A stretch of DNA of 64,000 bases from Takakia lepidozioides (lineage: Eukaryota > Plantae > Bryophyta), in NCBI GenBank assembly GCA_030704615.1, contig CM060731.1:47430001-47494000 (forward strand), in the 5' to 3' direction. Positions 1-11,920 of the stretch are shown here, piece after piece (the stretch's first letter is position 1; the number at the start of each line of letters is the position of its first letter). A program made the position numbers and the translations under genes. A model generated the notes under the pieces. It was not told the origin of the DNA, did no database searches, and worked only from the letters and a program-made list of their open reading frames with translations.

Positions 1-842
1 CGTGGTAGGCATTCTACCCTTCTCTGTCTCTCTCGAATCTCTTGAAACCCTCACCACCTTCTTCCCTCCCCATTAACCCCTCACTGACTGCCTGCAGAAT
101 CTCTCTCTAAATCACTAACTGCGAAACCTACATCAACTCCATTTTTCCTGTTCTCAATTCCAAGCTCCTGAAAATTCAACGCCACTATACACGCAAACAC
201 CTACTTGTTGCCATCCATGAAAACCGCATCCGACAGCACTATCACTCATCCGTATGATCGGCATCCCAGCGACAGTGAGCTGCAGCGTACTCCCACTCTT
301 CCTCCGACATGGCCTTCTATCTCTCTCTCTCTCTCTCTCTCTTCTTCCCTCATTTCTCGCCATAGCTGCATCTTTGCAAGGAAAGTATCTCCACGTGGCA
401 GTACACGGTTCGTCAATTTGTGAATTCACAGCTATTTATACTATCTAATTCAATCTGTTCCTTTGGGACGGATTCCGTTCATCATCACTCAATTTACATC
501 CGCCGTTCGACCTCTTCAGTCCAGGGACATGTTTTGCTCGTGGGGTTCCTCCCAACAACCAATGGACCCAGATATGCATAAATCAACCAATTCCATTTCT
601 CCATTTCTCACCTATTCTCATGGATATTGAGCTGACAAGCAAACAAGGCTTCCATACATACAAGATGAGGGAAGTTTTTTGCCTTCATCAGCATTCAAGT
701 CAGCTCCATCTAGCAGGGTCAGTTCTTCTTGCCTAATATTCAGGCACTTGAAAATCTCCTCTACACCTTTCCACCAGTGCTTAACAGGGCGGTCTTGCTT
801 GCAAGAAATAGAGTCCAGCATTCTACGATATCTGGTTTTAGG

Positions 843-3800
843 TGTTAGAAGTCAGCTCAGATTTAGTTAGCTAGGGTTCTGTTAGGGTTTTTTGACGGCT
901 AGGGATAGTTCTACCAGAAGGTTCCAGCCACCAGAAGTTTCTAGAGAACTCATGTAGGATTTAAGGGAAAAGCTGAGGCAATGCCCAACACTTCTTCTAG
1001 CATTTTGGATGTGCTATCCTAGTAGATTGCAGAAAGAGGAGGAGGAGAAGTCCAGCATCTACTTTTGTAAGTTCTTTTTTTTGCAGTAAGGAGCATTCTT
1101 GTTAGGACTGACACTTCTTGTTAGTACTAACTCTTTGGTTGGTTTAGGCTGTCAGTTTTTGTACTGCTGCTTGTGCTAGAAGCTATCTGTCAATATCTCT
1201 AGGAGGTAGAGGACAGGTCTAGTTTCCAACCTGGCTCTGACACCAAGGTCTAGTTTCCAACAGGTTATGGGCCCACAAGACATTACAACTACTTGGACAG
1301 TTGAGCCACTGGATGGTAACAACTATAAGAGTTGGATCTACACGATGCAGCTCCTGCTCTCTTCAAAGAGCCTATGGTCAATAGTGGCTAAAAAGCCTTC
1401 AGAGGATAACCTGAAGGAGGAGAGATGGATCCAAAAGAATGAGCTTGCAATGGCAGCTCTAGTCACAAACATGAGATCAAAGCTGGTAGTTTTGGTAAGG
1501 AATCTTACAACTGCTCATGAGGTCTGGCAGACCTTAAGTGAGGTGTATGAGGCAGATGCAATGGGGAAAACATATGTCATATGGAAACAGCTCATGGACT
1601 TGAGAATGAGAGAAGGTGAGAGTGTAGCCATTTACATTGCCACTGTTAAACCCATGTGTATGGAGATAGTTGATGCGGGAGAACCCATGACTGAATCACT
1701 TCAGATCATGACCTTGTTTGGCACCTTGCCAAAGAGTTATGACATGGTGGAAACCGCATTGGCTACTCATGGTAAGAATCGACTGAGTTGGAAGTATGTC
1801 ACTTCACAACTCATCATGGAAGAAAGCAAGCTGACTAGGGATAGCTCAAGTATGGACAATGCCCTGACGGCTACTTCCATCAAGAAAGATGGAGCATGTT
1901 TCCGATGCGGCAAATTTGGGCATTTCCAGTAGGACTGCAAGGTGAAGATTGACAAGTCCAAGAAGGACAAGTGGAGACCAAGGAAAGGGAAGTCTGTACA
2001 TGTCGCTGACATGGGCAACGACAGTGAAGTTCACATGTTTATGGCAGATGCAGCTTACAGTCGTGATGAAGACTACCTGCTGACTACTGAAGGAGAACAC
2101 TGTGGAGATGAGTGGTATTTGGACTCTGGAGCTACTAACCACATGTGTGGGAGGAAGGAGTTGTTTCACAACTTGAAACCCATTCAGCCTAGAAGCGTAA
2201 AGATGGGCAACAAGACGTTTTCTGTAAGTACGATGATGGGAGAAATCCCTGTCAACTTTATCAAAAAAAAAAGTAAGGTTACCCGTTGTACCCTTCAGAA
2301 AGTCCTATATGTGCCAGACTTGGCAAAGAATCTGATCTCTGTTAGTACCTTGGATGAGCTTGGGTATGATGTCATTTTCAGAAACAATGCTTGCAGCATC
2401 CAGAAGGGCAACGAAGAACTCTGTTATGGAGTGAAGGAGCAAAGACTCTACAAGCTTTTGAGTACATCTGGAACTCAGGAGGAGGCCAATGTTGGGGACA
2501 CAATGGACACTGCACCATTGTGGCATAGAAGGTTGGGTCACTTGGGAACACAAGGAATCAAGGATCTTCAAAAGTTGGCGTTGGGACTGAATGTGGACTG
2601 GTCACATGAGCTACAGTTCTGTGAAGGATGTGCTAAAGGGAAACAACACAAGTCATCAATGCCCAAGGAATCTACCATAAGAGCAAAGGAGAGGCTGGAG
2701 TTGATACACACAGATGTATGTGGCCCCATGAAGACAACATCGCTGGGAGGATCTAGGTACTTTGTCACCTTCACTGATGACATGAGTAGAAAAACTTTCT
2801 TATATCCCTTGAGAGAGAAAGGTCAAGTGTTGCAGGTCTTTAAGCAATTTGTGCATGAAGTAGAAAACCAGCTGGACCTCAAAGTCAAGGTTCTGAGGAG
2901 CGATGGTGGGGGGAGAATTCCTAAATCAGGAATTCAAAAACTATCTTGCTGAGAAAGGCATAAAGAGCCAAGTAACAGCGAGGGGCAGTCCAGCCCAGAA
3001 TGGAGTGGCAGAGAGATTAAACAGAACACTGGTTGAGAAGGCTAGATGTATGCTACAGACCTCAGGCCTTGGACCAGAGTTTTGGGGAGAGGCAATCAGC
3101 ACTGCCACCTATCTGAAAAATTTGAGTCCCACGCGAGCTTTGAAAGACATGACTCCAGAAGAGGCGTGGAGTGGGAAGAAGCCAAACCTGAAGCATCTAA
3201 GAGTTTTTGGTTGTGCTGCTTATGCATTGATACCTGACGAGCAAAGGAGCAAGTTGGATGCCAAGTCAGAAAGATGTATCTTCATTGGGTATGATCTGGG
3301 ATGCAAGGGGTACAAGGTCTACAATCCTAGAACCAAGAGGTCAATCAGGAGTAGAGATGTCTTGTTTGATGAGGATAGTTTTGGGAAGGAGACAAAGCCC
3401 AAGGACCTGTCCGTTCCTGTGATAATCCCTGATGTGGGAGAAAAAAAAGGGAACAACAAGTAGTAAAGGTTTACACTCGAAGGGAGAAGGTGGCGAAGAA
3501 ACCAGAAGAGGATGAAGATTCTGAAGATCGGGATCCTATTGACAAGGATGGGGGGCCTAGAAGGTCAGGAAGGATCAGCAAACCCCCAGAAAGGTTTGGA
3601 GCTAATGTGGCAGAAGGACTGACTGGTCTGACTATGGATGACATAGGGCAGATGGAAAGTTGTTTCCATGCCCTTGATGATGCAGAGGAGCCAGCCACCC
3701 TCAATGACGCTTTGGCAAGGGATGATGCCAATGAGTGGGAGGGAGCTGTACTAGAGGAGATGAAATCTCTGAAAAAAAACCAGACTTGGGAGCTGGTAAC

Positions 3801-5613
3801 ACTACCTGGTGGTAGAAAGGCGGTAGATTGCAAGTGGGTTTTCAAAGTGAAAAGAGGACCCAACAATGAGATAGTGAAGTACAAGGCCAGACTTGTGGCC
3901 AGAGGCTTCACACAGACTGCAGGGCTTGACTACAATGAAACTTTTGCCCCAGTGGCAAAGTTCACCTCCATCCGATGTTTGCTGGCATTGGCAGCGAAGC
4001 ATGACTGGGAGATAGAATACATGGATGTGAAGACTGCATTCTTGAATGGGGATCTTCAGGAGGAGATCTACATGAAACAACCAGAAGGTTTCTAAGAAGG
4101 TGATAAGGTGTGTCGGCTCAAGAAATCGTTATATGGACTCAAACAGGCATCGAGGACATGGTATGAGAAGATCAATAGCTACTTGACAGGCCAAGGTTTT
4201 GTAAGGAGTACAGCTGATCAGAGCATTTACTACATGACATCAGGTGTCATGATAATAGCACTCTATGTGGATGATCTGCTACTGATCAGCGACAACAAGG
4301 ATACCATGCGCAGGCAGAAGCATGATTTGAGTGAAACCTTTGAGATGGTTGATCTTGGAGCCGTGAACTACCTACTTGGAATTCAGATTCTGAGGGACAG
4401 GAAGGCGAGAACTATAAAGTTGAGCCAAGAGAGGTATGTCAGGAATGTTGTTGTGAAGTTTGGTATGCAGAACTGCAAACCAGCACCAACACCATTGGAA
4501 ACCGGCTGCAAGCTGAGTAAGGAAATGGAGCCAAAATCTCCAAGTGAGATTGAGGAAATGGCTAAGGTTCCATATCAGCAAGCCATGGGCACCAGGCCAG
4601 ACATTGCCTATGCAGTGGGAATGCTTAGTAAGTTCATGCACAACCCAGGACCTCAGCATTGGAAAGCACTCAAGAGGGTGATTAGATATTTGAAAGGGAC
4701 TGCGGATACATGTCTAACTTACAACAAGCAGGACACTGGAGCATCACTAGAAAGATGCAGTGATGCAGATTGGGCAGGAGACACAGATGAGAGGAGATCC
4801 ATATCTGCCTACTGCTTTGTAATGAGTGGAGGTGCTGTGAGTTGGAGCAGCAAAAGACAGCAGACCACTGCTCTATCCTCGACTGAGTCAGAGTATATGG
4901 CTCTGACTCATGCAGCTAAAGAAGCCATTTGGATTCGAAGGCTTCTTGGTGAACTTGGCTTCAGTCAAGAACAACCAACGAAAGTGCATGCTGATAACAG
5001 GAGCAGCATTGAGCTGAGCAAGAATCCTGTTCATCATGCCCGGACCAATCACATAGATATCAAACATCATTTCATTAGAGAAATGATTGGTTTGGAGATT
5101 GTGTTGGTTTACTGTAGGACTGAGGACATGGCAGCTGATGCACTCACAAAGGCTCTATCCAAAGAAAAGCATTCTAGATGCATGGAACTGATTGGGTTAA
5201 GCCTCAGTCCTCGCTGAGTGGGAGTGTTAGAAGTCAGCTCAGATTTAGTTAGCTAGGGTTCTGTTAGGGTTTTTTGACGGCTAGGGATAGTTCTACCAGA
5301 AGGTTCCAGCCACCAGAAGTTTCTAGAGAACTCATGTAGGATTTAAGGGAAAGGCTGAGGCAATGCCCAACACTTCTTCTAGCATTTTGGATGTGCTATC
5401 CTAGTAGATTGCAGAGAGAGGAGGAGGAGAAGTCCAGCATCTACTTTTGTAAGTTCTTTCTTTTGCAGTAAGGAGCATTCTTGTTAGGACTAACACTTCT
5501 TGTTAGTACTAACTCTTTGGTTGGTTTAGGATGTCAGTTTTTGTACTGCTGCTTGTGCTAGAAGCTATCTGTCAATATCTCTAGGAGGTAGAGGACAGGT
5601 CTAGTTTCCAACA
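843..5613 (+). mobile_element. Full-length Ty1/copia LTR retrotransposon, coding region decayed
   Basis: LTRs at 843-~1230 and 5225-5613 (TGTTAG...CCAACA, about 389 bp, about 5 mismatches by eye). 5-bp TSD TTAGG at 838-842 and 5614-5618. PBS at 1263-1276 and short purine-rich tract at ~5215-5224. Domain order gag-PR-IN-RT-RH. Confidence 0.97.
1267..5217 (+). pseudogene. copia gag-pol polyprotein, disrupted
   Basis: Zinc knuckle CFRCGKFGHF*DC, protease WYLDSGATNHM, GAG-pre-integrase WHRRLGH, integrase HTDVCGP/RSDGGGEF/QNGVAERLNR, RT YVDDLL, RNase H DADWAG/EYMAL/ADALTK. In-frame stops at 1930 and 4093, frameshifts at ~2905 and ~3445, short deletion in YQQAMG-TRPDI. Confidence 0.95.
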
Positions 5614-5998
5614 TTAGGTATGTGATTCAACTGACCCCACCATCTGACTTTAAACTCATCCTGTCAAGAGAAAAGGGCAGTACGCCAAACTCACCCCGAA
5701 CAGCCGCAGCCTCGTTAGTTGTTCTAGAGCATGCTGACATGCTCAATATTAGAGATCCCCAACCTGAATGGATTCTAGAGAGTTAATATGGTTGGAGGTG
5801 TCGACCCACATGGCAGATGCATACTCCAAGGCAGGTCTAATAATGTTGGAAAGCATGGTCCTTTTGCCGTCAGTATTGATCCCTCTGCGGGGGAATATTT
5901 GAGTGAGACCCAAAGCTTTGCATTTAGCTGTTTGAAGCTATATACGCATCCAAGTTACAATTGAGGAAAAGTCAACGTGTATGTAGGAGAGAGAGCTA

Positions 5999-7810
5999 CT
6001 AAGGTAGATTGGCAATACTTTGGAGAATCTCTAGCACAGCTTCAGGATCTTCATTCCTAAAAATTAGGCTTCGGAACTCTTCTGTGAAAGCTACTTGCTT
6101 CACATTTCTTGCAATGCACTCAACACACGCTTTTTTCACCCAACTTGCATCGTACAATCGTGCTTGGTGCAGGGTCTCAATCGCAGTAAATGGTTGAACT
6201 GCATTGGCAACAGCAATTTCACAAACCTGCTTCAGATCGGGAATGTCATATTTGTGTGCGGCTGCCAGAAGTGCCATGCCATGCTCATTCATTGCCTTCG
6301 TATCATGATCCCCTGCCATCATCAGACGGCCTACCAATATCAGGATACAGATCACCTCTTTTTTTTCCAAATTCCAGAGGTTAAAAGTCAGGCCAAGTTC
6401 TACCACACTAATCTCTGCTATCGGGCATCTGCTCTACCATCTAGCATCAAAAGTGACCCTTGGACACACTGTGTGCAAGGATACTCTCCCTATACTCTCT
6501 AAGCAAGGTTGCACAAAAATAATCCATACCAGTATACAGGTAGAGCAGAAGTGCACGCATGGCCGGCGTAGGCACATCAGCAACACGAATGACAGCACAT
6601 GTCTTTTCTTTGAGCTCATGCTCAAACATGGCCTTGAACACAGGAGACCTGCTTGCCTGACCCCAGCATAGCCAGTCTTGTAATCAGAAATGGTCAGTGT
6701 TGATCCAAATATTGGAACTCAAATTACAGGCGATAAGAAGCTCCATTAGTGCAGGCCAAAGCCACATGGAAATTGCCTGCTATGGAGTGCATATAGGTGC
6801 ACAGCGTTGGCCACACTGCCCTAGACAAGCGGGAAATGTTAGCCTTGGAACTTCCAAGCAATTGAATGGAGTTACCAAAGATGGCCCCAACTCATATCCA
6901 TGCATCTTGACTTCAATCTCTGAATTGAGAGCACAGCACTGTTCAAATTAAACCTGTCAGATATGGTAGACACCTCCTATCTGAGGTAATGTGCTCGCGG
7001 ATACATAAAAAGAGAACTTGTGATAGAAGGGTCAGGATACTCCAGAAACTCCGGTGAATTGGCAAGTATAGCAGTTAATAATGATTGCTCATCACTGGGG
7101 GATGGTTGAGTGACACTGAACAGGGCTTCCAGGTAGTAACTGAAGGAAATGTGTAGAAGGATTCTTACACCTTCACAGCGCCTAACTCATTTCAGTGTGC
7201 ATGTAATTCAAACGCGTCCCACGCTCCAACACTTCACGATCAATCAAGACACAGAGGTCACTGGGTCCGCAGTTCAGAGATTCTGGCTATGGATAGTTTT
7301 CACATTGCTACTCACAGTAGACAAATTTAATCGCACAAAGATAATCTTAAAAAGAAAGTGGTGTTAGGAGGGCTATCATTTTGTAAGTGGCAGTCCGAAG
7401 ATTCCTTGCTCAAATTCTAAATCCATTGCAAATCGCAGCAGACTAACGCCTACAATGATCTCAGAACAAACGAACGTATATACCAGAATAGCGCGGTGTG
7501 CAGGGGTCGTATCATTTTCCCCGGTCTCAATGGTGACATCGGCATGAATACCCTGCATCAGCATATGACGAAAGGATTGAAGAGTGGCTTCCAGGCGCTG
7601 CGTGGTTGCCCTCTCTTTGTGCAGACTGGCTTCCACAATCTGTAGGTCACTCTCCGCATTGCGCCATCGCTGCTCGTTCCGGAAGTCGCTCTCCGATCTC
7701 TGGTCAAAGCAGCTATGGCAGTAGGTGACGCTGTTTTCACACACCAGGCCGCACTGGTAGCACATGCTCAGGTCTGAGGAAGAATTCCCTGCCTTTCCCC
7801 CCACTTGCAT
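5999..7810 (-). CDS. BTB/POZ domain protein with N-terminal CxxC-CxxC and coiled coil (At4g08455-like)
   Basis: Exons ~7810(or 7765)-7484, 6656-6530 and 6312-5999 join in frame with GT-AG sites. Motifs: HADVTI, PAHRAIL/ASRSPVFKAMF, LLLYLYTG, LLAAAHKYDIPDLK. Start codon uncertain. Confidence 0.88.
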
Positions 7811-8075
7811 CTTTCTTTTCCCAATCCTTGGAGAAGCCGAAACATTTGCAATACAGATTTGTCCCAATTCTTCACCATAGACTACACAATCCAACTATCT
7901 TCGATCGCCTACAATCGCAACGCATGTCCTCCCGGGAAAATCTTCTCCCTCTTGCGATTGTGTCCTCAGCCTCGTTGCTTTCTGGAGGAAAAAGGGCAGG
8001 GAAGTTTCCCCGGGTCGCCCATGCCCCCGGTGACTTGGAGAACGTAGAGAACACGGGAAGACCGGGATATCGAAC

Positions 8076-8124
8076 AAACCCTAACATAGGGAACTTAGGG
8101 AGCAACCCAAGCAACAAACCCTAA
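8076..8124 (+). promoter_or_regulatory. Two telo-boxes (AAACCCTAA) in the short divergent promoter shared by the BTB gene and RPL17
   Basis: AAACCCTAA at 8076-8084 and 8116-8124, followed by a pyrimidine tract. Telo-boxes are typical of plant ribosomal-protein promoters. Confidence 0.7.
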
Positions 8125-8209
8125 AGTCTCTGCTTATCCTCACTCTCTCTCTCTTTTGAGCGGCTGCATATTGTGTTCTGCTCCTTGCTGCCGGCAGCAG
8201 TCCTCAGCT

Positions 8210-10950
8210 ATGGTATCCCCCCCTCCTTCCCTCCTTTCCTCCCTCCCTCCTTTGCCTTCCGAGTGTTTCTACAATGCCTTGGCCATGGTTATATGCGGCT
8301 GTGGTAGATCTGTAGTTGTGTATTTTTTTGCCTGATCGCAGCCGGTCTGAGTTCTGGTACCTACGGCCCTTCTTCTGTCTAACGGTCGATATGTGTCTCT
8401 GGTGCTCTCTATGCGTATGCCTTCCATCCTGTGATGCACTAGGTGGTTATAAATCGGTTGCTTAATGTTGCGCGAAGCGTGACGGGCATGTCGCTGCACA
8501 GTAGCCCGATGCGATAGTCATCCGGTTTTGTGTAATGTAGGCCGTGATGGCTCTGGAAAGAAGGGTCCTGAGTCAGCGTTTGGCTGCATTTTCTTCAGAG
8601 TCGGGGATGTGGTATAGAGCTTTTCAGTATGTAAGCTGTCGTGGAATTTTGTATCATGAGTAACTGAGAGGTGGCATGGCCGCAGGTGAAGTATGCTAGA
8701 GAACCCGACAACCCCACCAAGGGTAGGTACTTGAACGTTACCGTTTGTCCTAGCGTTGAATAATCTATATTAGCCGCATGGGGTAGCTTCAGTGCTTCTG
8801 AGGTTTTCGAGACTGTTCTGGATACGAGGTTCAATAAATTTGAAGGATGTGATGGTGTTCGTGGAGTAGATGTTGAAGGCAAGTTATGGTGACGGACACG
8901 TCATTATTTAGCTTGTAGGAGATGTCAGTGACACCGACCTTCTCTGATTGATCATTAAAGTTTTTCGTTGTTCACCTGGATGTGCAGCATGCAAGGCCAG
9001 GGGATCAGACCTCCGCGTGCATTTCAAGGTAATAGTTAACATCAGGTCGATGCCAATGACTGCCATCTACTGTCTCTTGTACCCAGTCTCCACTGAGAAA
9101 CGTAGTACTTTCCGAACCATATTTGTCAGCGTACTTGTACTTTCCATACTTGAATATGAATGCGGCCTGGGGAGGGATTTTTGAGTTTGCGGTACCGCTT
9201 CAGATTATTCTAGGAGATCTCCACGTGAAGGGAATATGACAATGAAGTGTTGTGGCCATATGTGTGTTAAGATACTGTGGTTGCCTCTACATCTCGAACA
9301 TTTAGATGCAAACATGATTATTTATTTGTCAGCCTTTTTCATTACAGCTATATCCAATAGGTCCACTGAGATGTGGAAGTTTTCCCTCTTTGTTACAGAA
9401 CACCAGAGAAGCAGCACAGGCAATCAAGCACTTTGAGCTTGCGAAGGCCAAGCGGTACTTGGAAGATGTGCTAGCCCACAAACAAGCGATTCCTTTCCGC
9501 CGTTTCTGTGGCGGTGTTGGTCGCACAGCTCAAGCAAAGTCCCGACATTCTAATGGACAGGGACGATGGCCTGTGAAGTCTGCAACTTTCTTGCTTGGAT
9601 TGTTGAAGAATGCAGAGAGCAATGCTGAGGTGTTGACTTCATCACCCTTCACTTCTCTCTCCAATGTCTGAGTGCTCTTGGAAGCAATCATGCTTGAGGT
9701 TATACCCGCTCCTTCTATTAAGTATCTGCAAAGTTTAGCCTGCCATTAACATCTGTGGCATTTTTTGTGTGCTTGTCATGTGTTTTGGTGAGTCAGGTGA
9801 AGGGTCTCGATGTCGACACTCTCGTCATTTCACACATACAGGTCAACAAGGCCCAGAAGCAGCGCCGCCGAACCTACCGAGCACATGGTCGCATCAACCG
9901 TGCGCATCTTACCTTTCCCTTTCAATCTAGCTGGTTCTCAACCCAAGCAGAGGTTATTTTTGCCTAAGATGTAAAAATGTGTTAGCATACTTGAAGTGTT
10001 TTTGTAGACTCCTCTGCCGGGATCATATTCCAGTGGTTCTGTTAGCTGGTTAATATCGCTTGCAGAACATAATATCTACTGTTGAACATAATAAATCTTC
10101 TTCCTTGTGTGCATAGTATTGACTGTTGTATGGTAGACAGTGGTCTTAGGTCTTCAGAATGACCACTGGTGACTTCTGGTTCAACTTGCAGCCTACATGT
10201 CATCGCCATGCCATATTGAGCTAACTCTCTCAGAGAAGGAGGTTGCTGTGAAGAAAGAGGTAAGGGTTTTATTACCATGAATCTGTTTCCGCATGCTCTT
10301 TTTGTTTGTCTGGACAATAAAATAAAGCATTATTTCTGGGGAAAAGTTCTCATTTTTCTACCAGGAGTGGTAGTAAATGTAGGTGCAGAGCCAAAATCTG
10401 ACAAGGAGTGTCCTAGACTGATGGTTGATCTACATATGCAACAATTGGAAATGTTACTAGCCACCAAACGTTCAGACAGTTTAGGTCCACTTTACACTAT
10501 GGACCAAGACCAAGAAATCGTGGGACCAAGAAGTGCCACTCTTGGGCTGGTCTTGGTCTGACGTCTTGGTCCGGAGCCAAAGAGTTAGGCCCAGCTACCA
10601 GGAGGGTTCCTTTTCCTTGGTCTGGACCAAGGAGTTCGCGCCAAAAGTAGGTGCCATGCAAGTATATTGGCCCGCTTTGGTCTTTTTGGCTTGGTCCCTA
10701 GTGTAAAGCCCTTGGGACCTCGACCAATAAGAATGCTCCATTTCCGCTTGGTCTTGGTCTTGGTCCTTAGTGTAAAGTGGCCTTTAGAATCACATGGACT
10801 TCAGAGTTCAGGGTTTCTTCCTCATGTTGTGTCATCTGCTTATTCTATGGATGGCGGTGTTTGACGTGGCAGGTGGACACAGAGATTACTCCTAGGAGGC
10901 CTCGTAAACAACAAGCGCGCCTGCGAAGTGGTGCCTCCTCCTCGTCATAG
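8210..10950 (+). CDS. RPL17: 60S ribosomal protein L17 (uL22)
   Basis: Seven exons: 8210-8212 (ATG only), 8686-8722, 8988-9028, 9399-9629, 9797-9899, 10192-10259, 10873-10950. Protein reads [31 protein letters not shown]...GRWPVKSA...[22 protein letters not shown]. Confidence 0.97.
10484..10783. mobile_element. PIF/Harbinger (Tourist-like) MITE in RPL17 intron 6
   Basis: About 30-bp TIRs GGTCCACTTTACACTA.GGACCAAGACCAAGA, TTA on both sides, internal GGACCAAG repeats. Confidence 0.85.
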
Positions 10951-11404
10951 ATTGTCTACTTCTGTTTGGAAACAGACTTATCTGAATACTGGCGATATCT
11001 GCCCTTCCCATGTAATTCTTTCTGATAAAATTGCATGCTCTGTTTTTTATGTCGGGGGGTGTCATACACCAATTTTTTTTCCACTTTTGTTGTCTGTGCA
11101 CCGGCAGTACACTGATTGTTAGATCACATTTCAATTCCCGTGACTGTCTTAATAAGTAGTGACTGTTGTAATAAGTAAATCAGTAGAGTAGGAGAATTTG
11201 GGAGATAGGACAAGGAAATTGCGAATGAAACCTACGAGGGGGAGACAAAGAGCTCGAAGGTTGAAATCTGTCTGTAAGTTGCCAAATCCATTTTTTATTT
11301 TCTCTTATATTCTTGTCTCGTCTCGTTTCATTTTACTGTTTATTTCTGATGTTTCTGAATGACTTTCATATCCCTGGGATTGAAAACCGTGGATTTGATG
11401 TGGT

Positions 11405-11474
11405 GGCCAGTGAGGAATGAATACTTACCTACATTGTCTGCATTATATGATGACATCGTATAGCTTCTGAGGCC
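11405..11474 (+). ncRNA. C/D box snoRNA, U34/snR62 homolog
   Basis: GGCC terminal stem, C box GTGAGGA, guide CTTACCTACATTGT before degenerate D' CTGC, C' ATGATGA, D box CTGA. Guide is antisense to LSU rRNA ACAATGTAGGTAAG, and the D'+5 position pairs with U, as expected for U34. Confidence 0.8.
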
Positions 11475-11558
11475 TTCACATCTGTCCTCTTCACTGTTGT
11501 TATCTTGAGCTGAGTTATCACCCTCCTTATGTTGCCCGTCTTCATAGAGATGGATTAA

Positions 11559-11632
11559 GGCAATGATGCAGTAAATCTTACCTATTTTGTGATGGGGGTT
11601 AGACCCCAAGGATCACATGGTTTTACTGAGCC
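11559..11632 (+). ncRNA. C/D box snoRNA candidate, target not recognised
   Basis: GGC...GCC stem, C box ATGATGC (11563), D' GTGA, internal hairpin GGGG-GTTAGA-CCCC, D box CTGA (11626-11629). Sits between other snoRNAs. Confidence 0.6.
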
Positions 11633-11667
11633 GTCTTGATTTTTCTGGGGTATGTGTTGGTGGTATG

Positions 11668-11751
11668 TCGGCCAAAGGAATGATGATATGCTTGACAGAT
11701 TTTAATCTGATGACTAATATTACAGACTACAATTATCTGAACTTTGGCCGA
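11668..11751 (+). ncRNA. C/D box snoRNA guiding methylation near the 25S rRNA 5' end (possibly snoR36/Um144-like), copy 1
   Basis: 10-bp terminal stem TCGGCCAAAG/CTTTGGCCGA, C box ATGATGA, D box CTGA. Guide CAGACTACAATT is antisense to plant 25S AATTGTAGTCTG. Confidence 0.8.
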
Positions 11752-11920
11752 CGTTGGGGTTTGGTTTTTGATATGTTATGGGGCTCAACAAGGAATGGAG
11801 ACCCCACCTATACAAACTGAATCTGGTGACATCATTTCCATATGATCTGGGAGGCCATCATGTCACTTGATTGTTTGTATTCATCACTTTTAGGCATATT
11901 GGGGCCCGGAGTTTGGTATG

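Larger units (their letters stand above)
600..5900 (-). mobile_element. Degenerate LINE RT C-terminal remnant (~600-842 plus ~5619-5900) split by the copia insertion
   Basis: Removing the copia element and one TSD restores a minus-strand frame TTNEAAAVRGEFGVLPFSLDRMSLKVRWWGQLNHIPKTRYRRMLDSISCK..HWWKGV, which resembles the post-RT region of non-LTR ORF2. Confidence 0.55.

Noticed and set aside
154-448. Short ORFs around a (CT)n tract
   Set aside because: Low-complexity translations. Probably leader or promoter sequence of a gene outside the window.
9305-9373. Possible intronic C/D snoRNA in RPL17 intron 3 (ATGATTA...CTGA)
   Set aside because: The C box is imperfect and the putative 18S guide needs a bulge. 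Not supportable without a scan.
10037-10142. Possible H/ACA RNA in RPL17 intron 5 (hairpin, ANANNA, ACA)
   Set aside because: The first hairpin is too short, the second pairs weakly and no target pocket is evident.
11421-11430. ATACTTACCT, identical to the U1 snRNA 5' end
   Set aside because: No U1 body or Sm site follows. It is part of the U34-type guide.
11775-11870. Two hairpins between the snoRNAs
   Set aside because: No ACA box and no convincing C/D boxes.
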